Of a stretch of DNA of 64,000 nucleotides, positions 14,401 through 64,000 are shown one piece after another. Position 1 is the first letter of the stretch. Every line of letters starts with the position of its first letter. The stretch is taken from contig CM120641.1 in the NCBI GenBank assembly GCA_051362555.1, forward strand, positions 13,268,001 to 13,332,000, written 5' to 3'. Under the pieces are notes generated by a model. That model was not told where the DNA came from, ran no database searches, and saw only the letters and a list, made by a program, of their open reading frames with translations. The stretch is from Lingula anatina. Taxonomy: Eukaryota > Animalia > Brachiopoda. A program made the position numbers and the translations under genes.

Positions 14401-15775
14401 GTAGGAAGCATAGGCCTATCTTTGCTTCATTTTTTAACAATTCTGTGAAGTGTTCACAATTCCTAAATTTTCTGAGAGTACAAATAAAGACACGCTGTTT
14501 ATTTGATATTTGTTTAATTGATTGCTATACCAACAGAATGCATGAAAAAACCTTAAATAGATTTGGTAATATGCAGCATATAGGGCCTATAGGCCTATAT
14601 TCATGACTTTTTACCTTTCTACGAAGTAGTCCCTATTCAAAATGCTTTAATATTTTGAGAGCATGGATAAAGACATGTTGTTAGTTTGATACGTGTTTCT
14701 GTGGTAAATTAGTGTTTCTAGCTGTGTACTGAAAACATAACTTTTCTTAAGCAGTTTTTTTTTTTTTTTTGGACTGTTTTTTTTTTTTTTCGCCCGCTCG
14801 CACCGATTTTGGGGTCCCCAGAGGATGTCATCCATAAAAATAAAAAAGTGTGGCCTTACTAATGATTAATGAATCCATTCCAACATTCAAAATTAGTCCC
14901 TGGTTTTTTTCTTAAAAGTTTGTTTTTTGTAATATTATCTTGAGAGATTATTACAGAGTAAAGTAAGCTGTGGAGGTCACATATGTGATGGCAAGCACAA
15001 ATTCCAGAATAATTGCATTAACTGCCGTTTTAGTGGTAAAATAGAATTTATTATATTTCTATGAATTGTTTACAATGCATTTATTGTGAAATATGGATAT
15101 TATAGGATGTATGACTATTTAAATCTCACAGGTTCTTCAAAGGCACATGGTGAAGGGACAGGTGATATACAGCGACAGCTCACAACTGCAGACTGGTGTC
15201 AATGTTGAATTAAACACTGTTTTGGGTTCAAGTGACATTGGGAAAATCACTGTCAAAAAACTTGGACAATGTACCTCACTTACTTCCTGTGGTAAGTACG
15301 AAATAAAGAATTCAAACAGAAAATCTTTAGGTTAGATTATTTCAAGCTATATTCAAATCTTGGATGGGTCTTCTTTATAAAAATATATCTATAGTAAAGA
15401 TGAGCTGATTATTTGAAATGTTGGCTTTTGGCTGAATAGAATTTATTATAATATTATTTATATATAATTTATTATCCAGCAGCCTGACAACTGTTTTTGG
15501 CTAATAGAAACAAATATTTTCTTAAATATTTGAATAATGTTGTTCATTTACACTCTAATTTTCCAGAAATTAAAGTCCTTTTCAAGGGTGCAGAAGCACG
15601 TGTTATTGAACCAGACATAGAGACTACAAATGGCGTAATTCATATCATAGATAAAGTACTAATAGATGATCCAGCAGATTTGCTAAGAGGCGCTGTCTCC
15701 AGTACAGCTTGGATATATGCCTCTTGTATAACCACCATCCTTGTGATGCTCACTGGGCTCCTCCTTCACTTGTAA
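2444..15775 (+). CDS. Fasciclin-1-like cell adhesion protein (signal peptide, 4 FAS1 domains, probable GPI anchor), 13 exons
   Basis: Phase-consistent GT-AG exons: 2444-2557, 4144-4333, 5689-5798, 6136-6308, 6743-6914, 7184-7304, 7874-8018, 8529-8703, 9716-9827, 12835-12982, 13411-13591, 15132-15291, 15567-15775 (2010 nt, 669 aa + stop). N-terminus MASFRCLILLGLLILGPGMIEC. FAS1 H1 motifs YTVFAPTDAAW, LTVFVPTNEAL, LTLFAPVDSAF, YTMFVPSNIAW. H2 motifs NGYLHIID, NGVFHMVD, NGIIHYID, NGVIHIID. Hydrophobic C-terminus ITTILVMLTGLLLHL* with no cytoplasmic tail. Confidence 0.92.
5443..5627. mobile_element. PIF/Harbinger-like MITE, copy 1
   Basis: Imperfect long TIRs (GAGCACATTCAGAACA.../...TGTTCTGAATATGCTC) flanked by TAA/TTA. 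The interior matches the reverse complement of 41818-42008. Confidence 0.65.
7609..7847 (+). mobile_element. Non-autonomous Helitron/Helentron-type element, copy 1
   Basis: Subterminal inverted repeats ATCCGCAAAGG / CCTTGGCGGAG, short (GTTT)n tract, 3' hairpin GCGCTCTCGGAGTGC and CTAG end. A homologous copy lies at 59541-59776. Confidence 0.75.
8400..8460. repeat. (TA)n microsatellite
   Basis: Pure TA run of about 60 bp. Confidence 0.95.
8971..9097. mobile_element. Small MITE-like foldback
   Basis: Imperfect ~32-bp TIRs TTATACCGTGGCTGGCGCTTCAAACAATAGGA / TTCTTTTGTTTGAAGCACCAGCTGTGGTATAA with TA-containing ends. Confidence 0.6.
9913..10077 (+). mobile_element. Small inverted-repeat element with an internal hammerhead-ribozyme-like core (Penelope-like remnant?)
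   Basis: Inverted arms of ~34 bp at 9913-9946 and 10044-10077. The centre reads GTC-CTGAGGA-A-GGCTCT-TGAGT-AGAGTC-GAAA-ATTA-GAT (9984-10022). Confidence 0.45.
11251..11402 (+). repeat. Dispersed repeat (CAGGG...CCCTG-ended, MITE-like); second copy at ~60005-60175
   Basis: Shared segments TCTTC(T/C)GGAAGA, TCTGTTGGAAGA, AAATGGAG(A/G)ATGGAT and ACTGTCAGAAAATATCT in both copies. Confidence 0.6.
13669..15050 (+). mobile_element. Older dispersed element (starts at TTAA+AGG/GG, possibly Kolobok-like) interrupted by a younger MITE; uninterrupted copy at ~26247-26835
   Basis: TTTTGGCCAAAAA..ATTTTCCTGG..CAATTTTCCC before the insertion, and CCATTCC..TTAGTCC..GAGATT and GCCGTTTTAGTGGTAAAAT after it, align collinearly with 26247-26415 and 26811-26830. 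Confidence 0.6.
13744..14856. mobile_element. Young non-autonomous DNA transposon with ~35-bp TIRs and TA target duplication
   Basis: AGGCCACACTTTTTTAATTTTATGGATGACATCCT at the left end and its near-perfect reverse complement at 14822-14856. TA at 13742-43 and 14857-58. CpG-rich interior inside a CpG-poor intron. Confidence 0.85.
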
Positions 15776-18700
15776 TAATTATATTATTTGCACCACATGG
15801 TGTTGCTTATATCTTGAGTCCATGAAAAAGCAATCCATAGAGCCATAGCTACATTGGTTTTTAGTAAGGATGTAAAAATGAATGATTATTAATGAAGATT
15901 TTACCATGGCAGATGTCAAGAACAAAAGACAAGAAAACAAAAATGTTGAAAATAATGATCCGAACCTGTCATATCTGGCATATACACACATCACTCGAGT
16001 TACAACATCTCCCATAGTGTAAGTCGGATACATACACCAGTTTCTCATCAAGGTGCATGTGATATCCATATGTGCTTCACACTTGTGTTTATCACATTTA
16101 CCTTGCTGACTTGTGGTCTGCCTTATACATATTATTAAACCTAAAGTAAGAGATAATAATTTTGTATTATAAACCCTGTCAGTTCTTTCAACATGCCCTT
16201 ACTCACAGAGTAATATAGAATATGTTTACTTATAAAGAAATGCACACAGGGGCAAATTCTTATTGGTGTCTGTAATTAAAAACAAAACATTTTGTACATT
16301 TTTTAAAAAATCAGTGCTGCACCCTTGTTTGTTTTAATTGTCTTAATCAATAAACATCTTGTAATTTTCTTTATAAAATGGAGTACCTCTGTCTGATGCA
16401 ATTTTAATTCTAGAAGATTTGAAGTCATAAACATTCTGTTCAGTGTACTTTTATGCAGTTTTATGGTACCAAGTACTATTCTGTCAAATGCTACATGGGT
16501 TTAAATTTTACAGAAAACTTGATTGATTCTGGGTTTGCCAAGTGCAGAAACTGAAGGAAACGCCAGATTTCTATAAAATACTTTTATACCAACCCTTTTA
16601 GCTTTTGATATGTACAAGAGCTTACACTTTTACCAGAATTTGACAAATATATTGTGCTAAATTTTTTTCCAATGAAACATGAACAGTGCTACCAACTTTT
16701 TAAAAATGTTTTTACTTTTTAGTAGTATTATGTTAAGTGGTGGTCCAATAGTGAAAAGCAAAACCTCTTAAAAAAGGATCAAAATATTTGCACAAAAATT
16801 AAGGTTTGTATGAACTGATTTGTAAATGTATATGAAAAAAGCTTGGCATTGGCACTTTAGGTTCCTCAAATGAAGTTTTCATATCATATTAGTTTAATAT
16901 AGATAATAGGTATCTTTTATATCTCTAAAAGCATCTGCTGTATGAATTTGATTTTATTCAAAGATTAATTTTTGTAAATAAGATGTTTTTATATTTAGTA
17001 ATAAATATGGCACTTGTATATATTGATGTGTAAGAATGGATGTTAACATTAATATTTTCACTTGAATTGTGTTTTAGCAAATTAAAATAAATGTGCTGCG
17101 AGAGAACATGATAAGTGTAAGAGAAGGTCCACACAATAAATTAATAAATAAATGGATAAAGAATAATTGATCTATTTGCAATGATATTATTTAATTAAAG
17201 CAGTGGTCCAACATAAGACAAGTTGGCTATCTATGGTTCATCATCCATAATGACTTTTAGATGTTTCCTTTCTCTACAGATATAATGTAGACAGCTATTA
17301 CATGTTGGAATAGTGCAACAGATACTGAGTAAGGGTCAAATTCATTAAGTATGTATCAGACAACTTCAAAACTTGAGGACTATCACTGCTTTTTGACAGA
17401 TTCGTAAGTGTGGAAAATCTCAGAGATTTGAGAGTGCTGATATTGATGCTTGCTTGTTTAAAGTGTAATGTCATACTGCCTAGACTAGACCTCTTTCATG
17501 GTTGTGAATTTGTTTTTTGTACAGATATTTTATATTTTCTATAAAATAATAAAGGAATTAGGCAACATAAACTTATTTTATAGACTCAACAAGTGTTTTA
17601 CACTTTATTATTAGTCTATTACTATTTATGGTTGCCTCTTACAGGTCCAATGTATACGCCATATGAATTAAAAATTTTAAAGCAGAGTACGCCCTGGATC
17701 AGGCGTGTAATAAACTGATGTAAACTTTTTATCCAATTTTTCAAGAAAGTATCCTTAATATTACAGTTGAGCATGGTCTTATAAGTTTCTATTTTTCTTA
17801 ATAGTGCATTTATGGCAGTGTTAGTATCATAAACAACAAACGTGTATAAATTTGAATATTCTTATAATTGTTGCGCTGCGACACAGCAGTACCATGTATA
17901 TAACTATTATCCTAATTTACAACTGTAATTTTGTGACACTGGAATATCGCCATTGAAATAAATGTAAGAAGCTATATATTGTTGTTTGCACCGATACCTA
18001 TTTACCTTAAATCGTGTCGTGTTATCCCAAAGTGGAAAGAAGTGAATAGCGACATTTTTTCTATGGGGCCGCTTTAAGTACACATCTTTTCCCCATTCCT
18101 TTAAAAGATTAGAAATGCTTCAGCGTCATTTACAAAAGAAATAAAAACTACACGGGGTTCGCAGAAAACCCAGTGCCCTGGCATAGTGTGTTGGTAGAAT
18201 GCGACCCTTTGTCATATGAAAATATCAAATATCGATATGTCTCTGTCGCATAAAAAAAAGAGTGCAGGTAGGAAAATTAAAGGAAAAACGTCGTTTGTTC
18301 CTTGTACAAGTATTTCATGCCAGTGCCGATTTAAGGAGGAGAAACCAGTGTAAATTATATTTATTAAAACGTATAACGTATAGCTGAATTTTGTTTCATG
18401 TATAGCACACATATGAGAGACAATAAATTCTATCACGCACAATCCCTTAACGCTAATACAGTGGTTCGTAACATTGACGTTTGTATGTAATACGCGGTTC
18501 CTATGCGCCTTTACTGTGACTCCAAGCGTAAAAAGGTACCCATTGTTGTAAAAAGTAGGACTCCTTTAGTATTTATGTTCCTTTCAAAACAATCAACAAC
18601 CTTAACCACAAAGAAAAATGTAGATTTATTACAAAAAAGTATAGTAATGGTTTCAAAAAAGTCTGATTGTGTTAACTTGGGGATCACAATAAGTTACATT

Positions 18701-19352
18701 TCTGGTGAATCTTGGGAAATGTCATCGGATTTCTTTGTCATAAGAGCCAGGTGAAATAACATCAAATGCATGTTAGGTTAGTTTTGTGCGAGCCTTGTAC
18801 CTGACTGGCTTCTGTCGATGTTTACATTTCTTGGGCGTGGCTCAACTTTTTTTCAACAAAAAACAGATCGAATTTTTCGATCTGGGATTTATCTCGTTCA
18901 AGTCCTCTGTTTGCTTACCCGCTGTTTGCAAACCCATTAGACAAACTTTCCAGTCAAAAACATTTTAAAATAGTGTGGTAATCCCAAGAGTAGTAAGTCT
19001 ACATATTAAAGAGTACTACAAATACACTGTGTTAAGAGGGTATAGCACAACCGGGTTTGCTCTTTAGGCGGAGGCGTTTTTCAACTTGGACCCCCGGTTG
19101 ACCTTAGGATGACAACCAATTCAGCAGCGACGCCTTTTGATTTGTCACCAAGAGAAGGGTTATAGGTGGATCAGTAGGATAAAGGATACGAAGCTGGGCT
19201 GATTTCTACTCAATTCGGGGATTCAGTTCACTTCGGCGCTGTTTTCAGCAAGAGTTGTATTTTCAACTCTGCGACAGTGCGTCATCGAAAGGGCGACTGT
19301 TCTTTCCACTTTTCATGGATGATAAACTAAGATTAAGGAATTAGCCCAAACT

Positions 19353-63933
<44,581 letters not shown>

Positions 63934-64000
63934 GTAAGTCTGACTGGGTCTACTGTTGAATGTTGTAAAGATTATGCAGGGATTGGAATATCAAATTTTT

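Noticed and set aside
13741-14606. Overlapping 60-112 aa ORFs in the GC-rich insert as a transposase
   Set aside because: No DDE or DNA-binding motifs recognised. The ORFs arise from higher GC content and homopolymer tracts.

Overview
AT-rich, intron-rich animal genomic DNA. It is invertebrate-like, and the repeat types and mosaic CpG depletion fit a mollusc or other lophotrochozoan (inference). There are three + strand genes. (1) The last coding exon (8-1019) of a gene with a disordered tail rich in Tyr and PxxP motifs. (2) A complete 13-exon fasciclin-1-like gene (2444-15775; 669 aa by my exon sums) with signal peptide, four FAS1 domains and a GPI-type C-terminus. (3) A very large secreted/extracellular gene starting at 19353 and running off the window (53 exons, ~3570 codons so far). 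Its order is signal peptide, C-type lectin, LDLa, 3xCUB, 4xCCP, 2xEGF-Ca, 3 full CCP plus 1 truncated CCP, Thr/Ser mucin exons, then at least 6 tandem VWD-C8-TIL-TILa/EGF units of FCGBP/zonadhesin type. The front end resembles Uninflatable and appears to be grafted mid-CCP onto an actively expanding VWD array. The array shows GDPH autocleavage sites, alternating basic and acidic modules, and a visible unequal-crossover junction. Introns hold many non-autonomous elements: Helentron/HINE, hAT-, Harbinger-, EnSpm- and TA-MITE-like, plus L1/Tx1 and RT remnants. Several are nested or have empty-site paralogs in the window, and one carries a possible degenerate hammerhead ribozyme. All calls come from manual reading and no database searches were run.
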